NCBI RefSeq assembly: GCF_009363155.1 | Contig: NZ_CP045302.1 | Span: 4,563,194-4,603,193 of the forward strand | Source: Azotobacter salinestris | GTDB lineage: Bacteria > Pseudomonadota > Gammaproteobacteria > Pseudomonadales > Pseudomonadaceae | Length of the DNA: 40,000 nt | Direction: 5' to 3' | Shown here: piece after piece, positions 26,446 through 33,885 of the stretch | Position numbering within the stretch: the first letter of the stretch is position 1 | How the letters are laid out: the number at the start of each line of letters is the position of its first letter | The notes under the pieces: model-generated | Databases searched by the model: none | Told to the model about the DNA's origin: nothing | Seen by the model: the letters and a program-made list of their open reading frames with translations, nothing else | Translations under genes and position numbers: made by a program

Positions 26446-26682
26446 ATGAGCGCCTTGAAAACCATCCGCAAGCAGACGGGTGTAACTCAAACCCAACTGG
26501 CTGAGCGTGTGGGGCTTACTCAGGCCGCCATCGGTCACTACGAGACAGGTCGGCGTAAGCCTGGGCTGAGCGAATGCCGTCGCATCGTCGCGGCGCTGAA
26601 TTCGTTCGGAGTTGACTGCTGCCTTGCAGACGTCTTTCCAGAGCCAATCCAAGAGCAGGACCCTGCTCAGTCGGTGGCCTAG
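26446..26682 (+). CDS. cro: Cro-like HTH (XRE family) regulator
   Basis: 78 aa, divergent from cI. RBS GGAGAA. HTH is VTQTQLAERVGLTQAAIGHYETGRRKP. Confidence 0.85.
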   Translation: MSALKTIRKQTGVTQTQLAERVGLTQAAIGHYETGRRKPGLSECRRIVAALNSFGVDCCLADVFPEPIQEQDPAQSVA

Positions 26683-26684
26683 CC

Positions 26685-26996
26685 ATGGCCACGACTCAAT
26701 TAAGCCCTGAGCAGGACGCAAGGGCACGAGAGTTCGAATCGCTGATCTTGAGCCAGCTTCTGTCGGTCGGGCAGAAGCATGTGGCTGACGCAATCGCTGT
26801 CAGCGAATCGACGGTAAGCCGCTGGAAAGAGGGCGAGATAGAGCGGTGGAGCAAGGTGATTTCACTGCTTGGCCTCCAGCTCGTACCGCAGCACGCGGTC
26901 GTAGTGAGCGCCGATTACCTGCGCTCTCTGGAAACCCTGGCAGAGCTTGGCCTGAAGGCTGAGAAGAAGCGTCCAGGCCCGCTGGGGTGGGACTGA
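26685..26996 (+). CDS. cII: CII-like transcriptional activator
   Basis: 103 aa, positioned after cro. GQKHVADAIAVSESTVSRWKEGEIERWSKVISLLG matches the phage CII HTH pattern. Confidence 0.8.
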   Translation: MATTQLSPEQDARAREFESLILSQLLSVGQKHVADAIAVSESTVSRWKEGEIERWSKVISLLGLQLVPQHAVVVSADYLRSLETLAELGLKAEKKRPGPLGWD

Positions 26997-27013
26997 TGAG
27001 CACTTTTCTGCAG

Positions 27014-27082
27014 GCACAAAAAACCCCGGTCAGCTGGCAGGCCCCGGGGTTCGTTGCAGCACATAAGCATGACATGCACAAC
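27014..27082 (-). ncRNA. OOP-like antisense small RNA candidate (about 67 nt)
   Basis: Minus-strand promoter TTTACT, 18 nt, CATAAT (27118..27089). Strong minus-strand terminator: CCCCGG/CCGGGG stem at 27024..27049 followed by UUUUUUGUG. A 5' hairpin GCATG-a-CATGC is also present. Confidence 0.4.
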
Positions 27083-27088
27083 GAGGGA

Positions 27089-27118
27089 ATTATGGCGTCA
27101 ATCCACGCAATCAGTAAA
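27089..27118 (-). promoter_or_regulatory. candidate promoter of the antisense RNA
   Basis: -35 TTTACT, 18-nt spacer, -10 CATAAT. The -10 overlaps the ATG of the O-like gene. Confidence 0.4.
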
Positions 27119-27967
27119 GGGCAGTTGCGTATGCAGCTCCAAGATAGGGCGGGGCCGGTCGTCGGGGTTTACCCGGCGTTCCGTAAGGTCTTGGGCCTGA
27201 ACGCTACGGCAGCGCAGTTCCTGTCTCAGTGCGTCTACTGGACAGAGCGGACTGATGACGGCTGGTTCTATAAAACCAACGCGGAATGGTTTGATGAGCT
27301 AGGGCTTACCGTGGAAGAGGTCAACGGTGCTCGCCGCAAGCTCAAGGCTCTCGGGCTGCTTTCGGAGAAACGCAAGGGTATTCCTCCGAAGCTGTATTAC
27401 CGAATCGACACCGACCTGCTTCTTTGCCTTCTATCCGGGGAAAAGCCTGTAATCAATTCCGGGAAAACCCCGGAATTAAAGGCTGTAAAACCCCGGCAAC
27501 GTACCCCGGAAAACCCCGGCGATATTACAGAGACTACCAAAGACTACGGCAAAGAAACTCTCTCTCAGGGCGCGGACGAGCAAGCGAGCGCAGAGGGCGA
27601 GGGCGAAAGCGCCGAGGCGGAAGATACCACCCCCCCTGATCAACCCATCCCGGCCAGCAGCGATCTGGTAACCGTCACGCTGGACTGGCAGCCGGACATG
27701 ATCCGGCTGAAGGCCAGGGCAGTGAAGGCCGGCGTGCCGATGGACCTGTTCACCGGCGAAGCCATCGGCCTGTTCGCCGTCCATCACGAAGCAGGCGGCC
27801 TGGCGAAGACCCAAAGCCAGTGGGAAGCCGCGCTGGTGTCCTGGGTCAACCGTGACCGCCAGCGCTCCGCCCGAGCGCCAAGCCGAGATGCTTGGCGACC
27901 CCGAACCTCAGGCCCTGACTTCCACAGCGGAGACACCTCTTGGGCCGATGACCTGGGGGACCTGTGA
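27092..27967 (+). CDS. replication initiation protein (lambda O-like position, DnaT/DnaD-like C-terminal part)
   Basis: 291 aa from ATG 27092 (RBS GAGGGA). N-terminal winged-helix-like region, an acidic linker, and a C-terminal region WQP...AGVPMDLF...FAVHHEAGG...SQWEAALVSWV. Confidence 0.8.
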   Translation: MASIHAISKGQLRMQLQDRAGPVVGVYPAFRKVLGLNATAAQFLSQCVYWTERTDDGWFYKTNAEWFDELGLTVEEVNGARRKLKALGLLSEKRKGIPPKLYYRIDTDLLLCLLSGEKPVINSGKTPELKAVKPRQRTPENPGDITETTKDYGKETLSQGADEQASAEGEGESAEAEDTTPPDQPIPASSDLVTVTLDWQPDMIRLKARAVKAGVPMDLFTGEAIGLFAVHHEAGGLAKTQSQWEAALVSWVNRDRQRSARAPSRDAWRPRTSGPDFHSGDTSWADDLGDL

Positions 27968-28629
27968 TGAAACAGGTCGTCGAAATTGCCAAGCGGGTTA
28001 CTCCGCAGCAGGTCCAGTTCAGCCCGAAGACCGCGCCGCGCCAGATCGATCGGGGAACCGCCTCCGTCGTGAACGCGCTGTTCTGCGAGCTGCAATCCGT
28101 TTTCCCGGCCTGGCGTCAGGCTTGGCCCGACGACAAGGCGCTGGAGTCCGCCAAGAAGACTTGGATCAAGGGCTTCATGGCGGCGGGCATCAACACCCTG
28201 GAGCAAATCCGGTTCGGCATCGAGCAGTGCCGCCGCTCTGGCAGCGACTTCGCCCCGAGCGTGGGCAAGTTCATCGCCTGGTGCCAGCCGACCCCTGAAA
28301 TGCTCGGCCTGCCGAACGCTGACCGGGCCTACCGCGAGGCCTGCGCGAACGCCCACCCAGCCGCCAGTCGCGACTGGAGCCACCCGGCCGTGCACCACGC
28401 TGCCTGTGAAACCGGCTTCTACGAGCTGGCCAGCCTGCCCGAGGAGCGCAGCCGCAAGCTGTTCGAGCGCAACTACGCGGCCACCGTCCGCATGGTCCTG
28501 GCCGGAGAGCCGCTGCGAGAGATTCCGAAGGCCCTGCCAGAGCGGGTATCCATCTGCACGCCGGAAGTGGGCCGCAGCGCCCTGGCTGGCCTGCGTAACG
28601 CACTGAAGAAGGAGTCCGCCCATGGCTGA
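27967..28629 (+). CDS. replication protein P-like (helicase loader)
   Basis: 220 aa. ATG overlaps the O-like stop (TGATG). Pattern ...FPAWRQAWPDDKALESAKKTWIKGF...FAPSVGKFIAWC resembles the lambda-P family. Confidence 0.75.
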   Translation: MKQVVEIAKRVTPQQVQFSPKTAPRQIDRGTASVVNALFCELQSVFPAWRQAWPDDKALESAKKTWIKGFMAAGINTLEQIRFGIEQCRRSGSDFAPSVGKFIAWCQPTPEMLGLPNADRAYREACANAHPAASRDWSHPAVHHAACETGFYELASLPEERSRKLFERNYAATVRMVLAGEPLREIPKALPERVSICTPEVGRSALAGLRNALKKESAHG

Positions 28630-28783
28630 CATACCCCGCTGTCTCCCGCTGAGCCACCAGGCTGAATCGCGCCGGCAGCGCGCCGCGAAACTCCGAGCCC
28701 AGATCGAGAAGTTCGAGGCCATCCGCGCCGAGTTCGGAATCACCAATATCAAGGCGCTGATGAAGAAGGAGGCCAGGGCATGA
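28622..28783 (+). CDS. small hypothetical protein (53 aa)
   Basis: ATG 28622. The stop overlaps the next start (ATGA). High GC3. Below the track cutoff. Confidence 0.5.
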   Translation: MADIPRCLPLSHQAESRRQRAAKLRAQIEKFEAIRAEFGITNIKALMKKEARA

Positions 28784-28971
28784 GTTTCTACCTGTTCATG
28801 ACCGCTGTGATTTCCGCTTGGTCGCTTGGCTTTTCGGCCGGGAGCGAAGAGGAGTCAAGCGCTATGTCGATCATCCTCGCAGCCTTTGCGCTTGGCCTTT
28901 TGTGGCCTGTGTTCATCGGCTGCCTGCTGTACGGACTGGCTAAGGCTGCCAAGGAGCCCCGCCATGCGTAA
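28780..28971 (+). CDS. small two-helix membrane protein (63 aa)
   Basis: Two hydrophobic segments. Translationally coupled. Confidence 0.6.
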   Translation: MSFYLFMTAVISAWSLGFSAGSEEESSAMSIILAAFALGLLWPVFIGCLLYGLAKAAKEPRHA

Positions 28972-29134
28972 GCACCTCAGCGCCTGGTGGCGCGCCCACA
29001 TCGTCGCCGACGAGCCCGTGGAGGTTTCCCGCGTGCAGATGCCGAAGCTCTCCGACATGAGCTTCAAGGTGCTGATGCAGAGCCTCAAGAAAGGCGTGGA
29101 CATCGAAGAACTGCGGAGGGCTGAGCGTGGCTGA
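28964..29134 (+). CDS. small hypothetical protein (56 aa)
   Basis: ATG 28964 lies 7 nt after AAGGAG. Overlaps the previous stop. Confidence 0.55.
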   Translation: MRKHLSAWWRAHIVADEPVEVSRVQMPKLSDMSFKVLMQSLKKGVDIEELRRAERG

Positions 29135-30005
29135 TATCGAGAACCTGAAGCGGCTGGCCGAGGCAGCTACGCCCGGGCCTTGGTCTGTCGGGGATGCAAA
29201 CCGAGACGAAAGAGACATCGGTATCCATGGCGTCGGCGAGGGATCAATCGTTGCGGATGTGTGCGTGGACGTTTGGGGCGACCCGGATGCCAATGCTGAC
29301 TTCATCGCTGCCGCCAACCCCGCCGCCATCCTGGAGTTGATCGCCGAGAACGAGGCGTTGAAGGCCCGCCTGGAAGTCGACGACCGCCACCCCTATGACG
29401 GCATCGCCTGCCGGGACGAGACCATCAAGGGGCTTCAGGAGCAGGCCGACCGGCTCAAGGCCGAGCTGGAGCGGGCGAGGGCGGATGTTAATTTTTTCAA
29501 CCAGCAATGTAGGCGCGAAAAATTAACATGCATGCAGCTCCAGGCTGAGAACGAGCGGCTGCAGGAGCAGCAAAAATCTGCAGGTGATGCAGACGCAGCA
29601 GAAAACTGCAGGTGCAACGAAAAAGTGCAGGTGGTGCAGGAGCTGCAGGCCGAGCTGGAGCGGGTGAAAGCCGAAGGATTGGCATTGCTCGTAATGGCGC
29701 GGCCTTTTCTGGCCTCCAGGCTCACCGAGCTGCCCTCCATTCGAGAGCAGGTCGAAAATCCTGAAGCGGTTGATCGAGCCATCGAAAAACTTTCAGCCTT
29801 GGTCAGTCACATCGACGCCGCCCTGGGCAAGGGTGGTGGTCAAAGCGGCACAAAAACAGCCGAAACCCGCGCCAGTGCTGGGCTTGATGGTGGTGGGCAT
29901 GGCGGAAATTCTGGTGGCGCGGAAAACGCCCTCGAAACAGTTGAAACCCGCGAGATAGACGGCGCGGAGGGTGGCGCCGAAAAGGGAGGGAAGGCCGATG
30001 ATTGA
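29127..30005 (+). CDS. Ead/Ea22-like protein (292 aa)
   Basis: N-terminus ENLKRLAEAATPGPWSV...ANADFIAAANPAAILELIAENEALKARLE, then a coiled coil and a G-rich tail. GTG start overlaps the previous stop. Confidence 0.8.
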   Translation: MADIENLKRLAEAATPGPWSVGDANRDERDIGIHGVGEGSIVADVCVDVWGDPDANADFIAAANPAAILELIAENEALKARLEVDDRHPYDGIACRDETIKGLQEQADRLKAELERARADVNFFNQQCRREKLTCMQLQAENERLQEQQKSAGDADAAENCRCNEKVQVVQELQAELERVKAEGLALLVMARPFLASRLTELPSIREQVENPEAVDRAIEKLSALVSHIDAALGKGGGQSGTKTAETRASAGLDGGGHGGNSGGAENALETVETREIDGAEGGAEKGGKADD

Positions 30006-30180
30006 GATCATCGCCTCCGCCCTTGCTTGGGCCTGGGTCGGCTACTCAGTCGGGTATCTCCGCGCACAGAAGCGGTATATCCCCGAGATCATCGAGGCCA
30101 GAGAAGATCTGGCCAAGGCCCGCATGCTCGCCAAGCTGCATGTCTGCCCGCAGTGCGAGGGAGGGCGCGCAGATGGCTAG
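29998..30180 (+). CDS. small membrane-anchored protein with C-terminal CxxC (60 aa)
   Basis: ATG 29998 after GGGAGGGAAGG. Begins MIEIIASALAWAWVGYSVGYL and contains CPQCEGG. Confidence 0.55.
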   Translation: MIEIIASALAWAWVGYSVGYLRAQKRYIPEIIEAREDLAKARMLAKLHVCPQCEGGRADG

Positions 30181-30595
30181 CCCAACCTTCCCGCTCCGCA
30201 CCGAGATGGACCGGCAGCGGGCTATCAGCTTCATCGCCGCACTGGACCTTGAGCAGCCCCGCAAGCTGGCCATCACCGACGAAGACCGCACCGCCGAGCA
30301 GAACGCCAAGCTGCACGCGATGCTGACGGATATCTCCCGCCAGGTGGAGCACGTCGGCAAGAAGTGGAACGTCCTGATCTGGAAGCGCCTCTGCACCGCG
30401 GCGTGGCTGCGCGAGATCGGCGAGAGCGCCCAGATGATCCCGGCCCTCGATGGCAACGGCTTCGACGTCATCTACGAGAAGACCTCGAAGCTTGGCGTGA
30501 AGAAGTGCGCCTCGCTGATCGAGTGGGTGCAGGCATTCGGCGCAGAGCACCAAGTGCGCTGGACGCAGAAGGACGTATGGGGAGGGCGGTACTGA
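30173..30595 (+). CDS. ninB: NinB/Orf-family recombination mediator
   Basis: 140 aa. RTAEQNAKLHAMLTDISRQVEHVGKKWNVLIWKRL... matches the NinB pattern. Confidence 0.85.
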   Translation: MASPTFPLRTEMDRQRAISFIAALDLEQPRKLAITDEDRTAEQNAKLHAMLTDISRQVEHVGKKWNVLIWKRLCTAAWLREIGESAQMIPALDGNGFDVIYEKTSKLGVKKCASLIEWVQAFGAEHQVRWTQKDVWGGRY

Positions 30596-30894
30596 TGCTC
30601 CGCCAACGCCAACCCATCTACCGCTCCAGCAAGTGGCTGGCCGCGGTTCGCAAGATCGAAAACTGCGTGCTCTGCGGCGCCTATGGCGTGCAGGCCGCGC
30701 ACCTGAACGAAGGAAAGGGGATGGGGATGAAGACCGATGACGCTTTGACCGCGGCCCTGTGCCCAGCCTGTCATCACGAGCTGGACAACGGCAACAAGCT
30801 GAGCCGCGAGGAGCGTCGGGAAATCCTGCGCAAGGCGGTGCTGGACACTATTGCACTGCTGGCCCGCCGCGGGCTGATCGAGGTGAAGGCATGA
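30595..30894 (+). CDS. DUF1364-like Cys/His nin-region protein (99 aa)
   Basis: IYRSSKWLAAVRKIENCVLCGAYGVQAAHLNEG...ALCPACHHELDNG. Start overlaps the ninB stop (TGATG). Confidence 0.75.
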   Translation: MLRQRQPIYRSSKWLAAVRKIENCVLCGAYGVQAAHLNEGKGMGMKTDDALTAALCPACHHELDNGNKLSREERREILRKAVLDTIALLARRGLIEVKA

Positions 30895-31493
30895 GCGCAA
30901 GCATTATCCGATTCGACTATCAGGGACAGCCAGTGCGGTTCAACGCCGAGGGGTGGCTCCATGCGACAGAGATCGCGGCGCGGTTTGGTCGCGAGCCCTC
31001 AATGTGGCTTCGCCAGCCTGACACTGTTGGGTATCTGGCGGCTCTTGCGCGAGCCCTGGGCGTCGAAATCAAATCCTCCATTCTGGAGGAATTAAGTAAA
31101 ATCAATGACTTAGATAGCTCTAAGGCCTCGACCCAGGCAAAACTCCTTCGCCTTTCAAAGGCAACTGGGCTGGTCAAGACGAAGGCCGGCGCGCCGGAGA
31201 CAGGTGGCGGCACCTGGCTCCACCCGAAGCTGGCTGTCGCCTTCGCTCGCTGGCTGTCGCAGGACTTCGCCGTCTGGTGTGACCTGCACATCGACGACCT
31301 GCTGCACGGCACGCAGACCCCTACTAAGAGCGCCATGCAGGCCTTGGACGAAGCCATCGCGGCTATGGAAGCCGACAAGGCCATTGCCTCGAGGTGCGGC
31401 ATGGCTCTGGCTCGCTGGAAGAAGTCCCGCAAGCAGCACATCAAGGCGGTCGAGACGGCTACCCGCCGGGCTCAGCTGCTGCTGGGGTTCTGA
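30891..31493 (+). CDS. KilA-N domain protein, paralog 1 (200 aa)
   Basis: FDYQGQPVRFNAEGWLHATEIAARFGREP..WLR...GTWLHPKLAVAFARWLSQDFAVWCDLHIDDLL is the KilA-N signature. Confidence 0.85.
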   Translation: MSASIIRFDYQGQPVRFNAEGWLHATEIAARFGREPSMWLRQPDTVGYLAALARALGVEIKSSILEELSKINDLDSSKASTQAKLLRLSKATGLVKTKAGAPETGGGTWLHPKLAVAFARWLSQDFAVWCDLHIDDLLHGTQTPTKSAMQALDEAIAAMEADKAIASRCGMALARWKKSRKQHIKAVETATRRAQLLLGF

Positions 31494-31535
31494 GCATGAA
31501 AATCTCCCCCATAGACGTACAGGCACTCAACGGCG

Positions 31536-31826
31536 ATGACGGACAGCACGAATCGGGCCGGCCCTTCGGCGAGCGCTGGCTCATGGAATTTGGCCTTATC
31601 GACTGCGGAGAGCCGCCAGCAGATCGAGGCGCACAAGGCAGCCTGCCTGGAGCGCTGGAAGGCCGCGCAGGAGCTCGCCAGCTCGATCTACTCCCAGCGC
31701 AGGGACAAGGGGAAGGGGTGGCGGATGTGGGCCGAGCGGGAGCTGGCGGCCAGGCCGGAGCTCGAGAGGGAGGCCAGGGCGAAGCTCAACAGGCTGATGA
31801 AGGGGGCGGGCAGTGATCGAACTTGA
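31536..31826 (+). CDS. hypothetical protein (96 aa), possibly the 3' part of a frame-shifted gene starting at 31496
   Basis: Very high GC3 from about 31610 onward in this frame. The upstream ORF frame from ATG 31496 looks coding only up to about 31612. Confidence 0.55.
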   Translation: MTDSTNRAGPSASAGSWNLALSTAESRQQIEAHKAACLERWKAAQELASSIYSQRRDKGKGWRMWAERELAARPELEREARAKLNRLMKGAGSDRT

Positions 31827-32178
31827 GCTGCCGTGGCCGCCCAAGGAGCTGAGCCCTAACGCTCGGGTGCACTGGGCGAAGCGCGGCAAGGTGGCCAAGG
31901 CGTACCGGGCAGCCTGCCATCTGCTGGCCAAGAAGGCCGGTTTGCTGGCTCCAGCAGGAAGGGCCCTGCTGATGCTGGAGTTCGTCCCTCCAGACCGGCG
32001 CCGGCGCGACGACGACAACATGCTGGCCAGCTTCAAGGCAGGCAGGGATGGCCTGGCCGAGGCGCTGGGCATTGATGACAGCCGATTCGTGACACAGCTG
32101 CGGGTCAGTCAAGAGACGGCGACCGGCGGGGTTGTACGGGTTCGCATTTCAAAGTTCGAAGAGGGGGAAGAGGGATGA
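31813..32178 (+). CDS. rusA: RusA-family Holliday junction resolvase
   Basis: 121 aa with a GTG start. LPWPPKELSPNARVHWAKR...PDRRRRDDDNMLASFKAGRDGLAEALGIDD is the RusA signature. Confidence 0.88.
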   Translation: MIELELPWPPKELSPNARVHWAKRGKVAKAYRAACHLLAKKAGLLAPAGRALLMLEFVPPDRRRRDDDNMLASFKAGRDGLAEALGIDDSRFVTQLRVSQETATGGVVRVRISKFEEGEEG

Positions 32179-32540
32179 AAGACCTTGGCACCGAGTATCT
32201 GCTGCAGGAGTGGGGCGTCTGGCTGCGTTGCCAGACTGGCGTGCCGCGTTACGTGTCTCCTTCCTATGCTTTGATGCGCGACAAGCTGGGCATCCACGGC
32301 GGAGAGACTCCGCAGATCCAAGACGAGACAGCCATGCTCATTGATCGGTTGGTATGCCGTATGGCCCTGCGCTACGAGGAGGCGGCCTACTCGCTGTTCC
32401 TCTGGTATCGCCACAGCATGACCAGCTATAGGCAGCTAGGAAGGGCAATGGACGTGCATCACACGAAAGCCGAGGTCTGCCATAGGGCAGGAATTGCCTG
32501 GATCGACGCGATGCTGAGTAGCTATGCCGAGGCTGCGTAA
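32175..32540 (+). CDS. Q: late-gene antiterminator Q-like protein
   Basis: 121 aa, the last gene before the late leader. LLQEWGVWLR... is a pattern I associate with the phage antitermination Q family. ATGA overlap with rusA. Confidence 0.75.
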   Translation: MKDLGTEYLLQEWGVWLRCQTGVPRYVSPSYALMRDKLGIHGGETPQIQDETAMLIDRLVCRMALRYEEAAYSLFLWYRHSMTSYRQLGRAMDVHHTKAEVCHRAGIAWIDAMLSSYAEAA

Positions 32541-32563
32541 TCTTTGATGACATGTCGTAGTGA

Positions 32564-32592
32564 TTGACGTGTCGACAGCGAAATGGCAATAT
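32564..32592 (+). promoter_or_regulatory. candidate late promoter (PR'-like)
   Basis: TTGACG, 17 nt, CAATAT, between Q and the tRNA. The -10 is weak. Confidence 0.35.
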
Positions 32593-32624
32593 GCGTCTAC
32601 GTTGCGGTTTTACCGCTTAGATGT

Positions 32625-32699
<75 letters not shown>

Positions 32700-32707
32700 A
32701 ATTCAAA

Positions 32708-32745
32708 GCCCCGGCTCAGAGCAATCTGGCCGGGGTTTTTCGTTT
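32708..32745 (+). terminator. rho-independent terminator (tR'-like)
   Basis: 7-bp stem CCCCGGC/GCCGGGG followed by TTTTTCGTTT. Confidence 0.75.
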
Positions 32746-32749
32746 CCAG

Positions 32750-33172
32750 TCAGGCCGCCTCGACGGAAACCGCCAGGCGCTTGCCGAGAGCTGCCAAGGC
32801 CCGCTCGATCTGCTCCATCTTCGAGGTGTGATCGAAGTCGACCAAGCGGCTGGCTACAGGGTGTGAGACCTCGAGCAGTCGGGCAAGATCGGCTACTCGC
32901 AGCCCTTGTTCGCGCATGGTGTTCCATAGCGCAATCTTGGCGACGGCCTGGGCGGGAAGGTGCACAACGTGCTGGCCTTCCCCTGCAGGAGAGGCAGGTG
33001 GAATGCTGCGCACCTGATCGACATAGATGGTCAGCGCTAGGCAGATGCCATCGACTGCATTGGCCAGCAGCTCCTCGATGGTATCGCCCGCGCTGTGAGC
33101 TTCCGGGATGTCTGGACAAGAAGACCAGAAATGGCCGGCCTCGTCGTGCGCAGTGATCGGATAGTCGTACAT
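32750..33172 (-). CDS. hicB: HicB-family antitoxin
   Basis: 140 aa from ATG 33172 (SD GAGGTG). N-terminal HicB fold (YPITAHDEAGHFWSSCPDIPEAHSAGDTIEELLANAVD) plus a C-terminal HTH. Confidence 0.9.
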   Translation of the reverse strand: MYDYPITAHDEAGHFWSSCPDIPEAHSAGDTIEELLANAVDGICLALTIYVDQVRSIPPASPAGEGQHVVHLPAQAVAKIALWNTMREQGLRVADLARLLEVSHPVASRLVDFDHTSKMEQIERALAALGKRLAVSVEAA

Positions 33173-33223
33173 GGTCACCTCGTCTTGATTTGAGAGCTGA
33201 TGCCTGTTCCGGGTGACTGGGCC

Positions 33224-33415
33224 TCAGTCGTTGAGGCCCAGTTGCTTGATGATGTCCTTCCTGAGTCCTTCGCCGATTTCCTTGGCTCCATGATTCGGGA
33301 AGATCGTCTGTTTGCCGTTCGGGGCTTTGATCTTGAAGTGGCTGCTGCCGCCGCGTGACTTCGTGAACTCAACCCCCTGGGCCTCCAGCCATCGCCGGAA
33401 CTCGTTGTATTTCAT
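33224..33415 (-). CDS. hicA: HicA-family mRNA interferase toxin
   Basis: 63 aa. MKYNEFRRWLEAQGVEFTKSRGGSSHFKIKAPNGKQTIFPNHGAKEIGEGLRKDIIKQLGL is the canonical HicA sequence. Confidence 0.9.
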   Translation of the reverse strand: MKYNEFRRWLEAQGVEFTKSRGGSSHFKIKAPNGKQTIFPNHGAKEIGEGLRKDIIKQLGLND

Positions 33416-33451
33416 CAACTCTCCTCTGTTCTGTTGATGGCTCTATTGTAT

Positions 33452-33482
33452 AGCATAAGTGATTAAAGTAAATACTTATGCT
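33452..33482. promoter_or_regulatory. 9-bp perfect inverted repeat upstream of hicA (candidate HicB operator)
   Basis: AGCATAAGT-N13-ACTTATGCT in the AT-rich hicAB promoter region. Confidence 0.5.
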
Positions 33483-33560
33483 TAATCTTTTGTGCTGCCC
33501 GATCCGGTCACCCTCCCGGCCGGAGAGGGCAGCGCCCATCCGCCCGCGAGGGCTGCCGAG

Positions 33561-33881
33561 ATGCCCAAGATGCCCGAGAAGTCCCCAGAGTTCTGGGTCG
33601 GCGTCGTGTTAGCCCTTCGTGAGCAAGGTCTGGCCATGACGCTGACCTTCATCCTGTCCTACCTGCGCATTCGTCTGTACGGAGATCAGCCGAGCATCGT
33701 GCGCTCAGTCCTTGAGGCTGCTGTCGGCGCGCTGCTGGTGATGATCGTCGGCCTTGCCGTGAAGGAGGCCGGGTTGAGCGAGGCCTGGACGCTTTTCACT
33801 GCGGGGTTCGTCGGCATCCTTGGCGTGGACCAAGTGCGAGTCCTGGCAAAGAAGTGGGCTGTGCGGAAGGTGGAAGGATAG
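33561..33881 (+). CDS. lambda S-like class I holin with a dual-start motif
   Basis: Begins MPKMPEKSPEF..., has three hydrophobic segments, and ends ...FVGILGVDQVRVLAKKWAVRK, comparable to lambda S (MKMPEK...[21 protein letters not shown]). Starts at 33561 and 33570. Confidence 0.85.
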   Translation: MPKMPEKSPEFWVGVVLALREQGLAMTLTFILSYLRIRLYGDQPSIVRSVLEAAVGALLVMIVGLAVKEAGLSEAWTLFTAGFVGILGVDQVRVLAKKWAVRKVEG

Positions 33882-33885
33882 TGAT

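Noticed and set aside
27784-28752. 322-aa minus-strand ORF opposite the O/P-like genes, and likewise 35968..37143 (391 aa) opposite the portal gene and 39101..39712 opposite the scaffold gene
   Set aside because: These are shadow ORFs with Arg/Ala/Gly-rich nonsense composition. The plus-strand genes have family signatures, RBSs and coupled starts.
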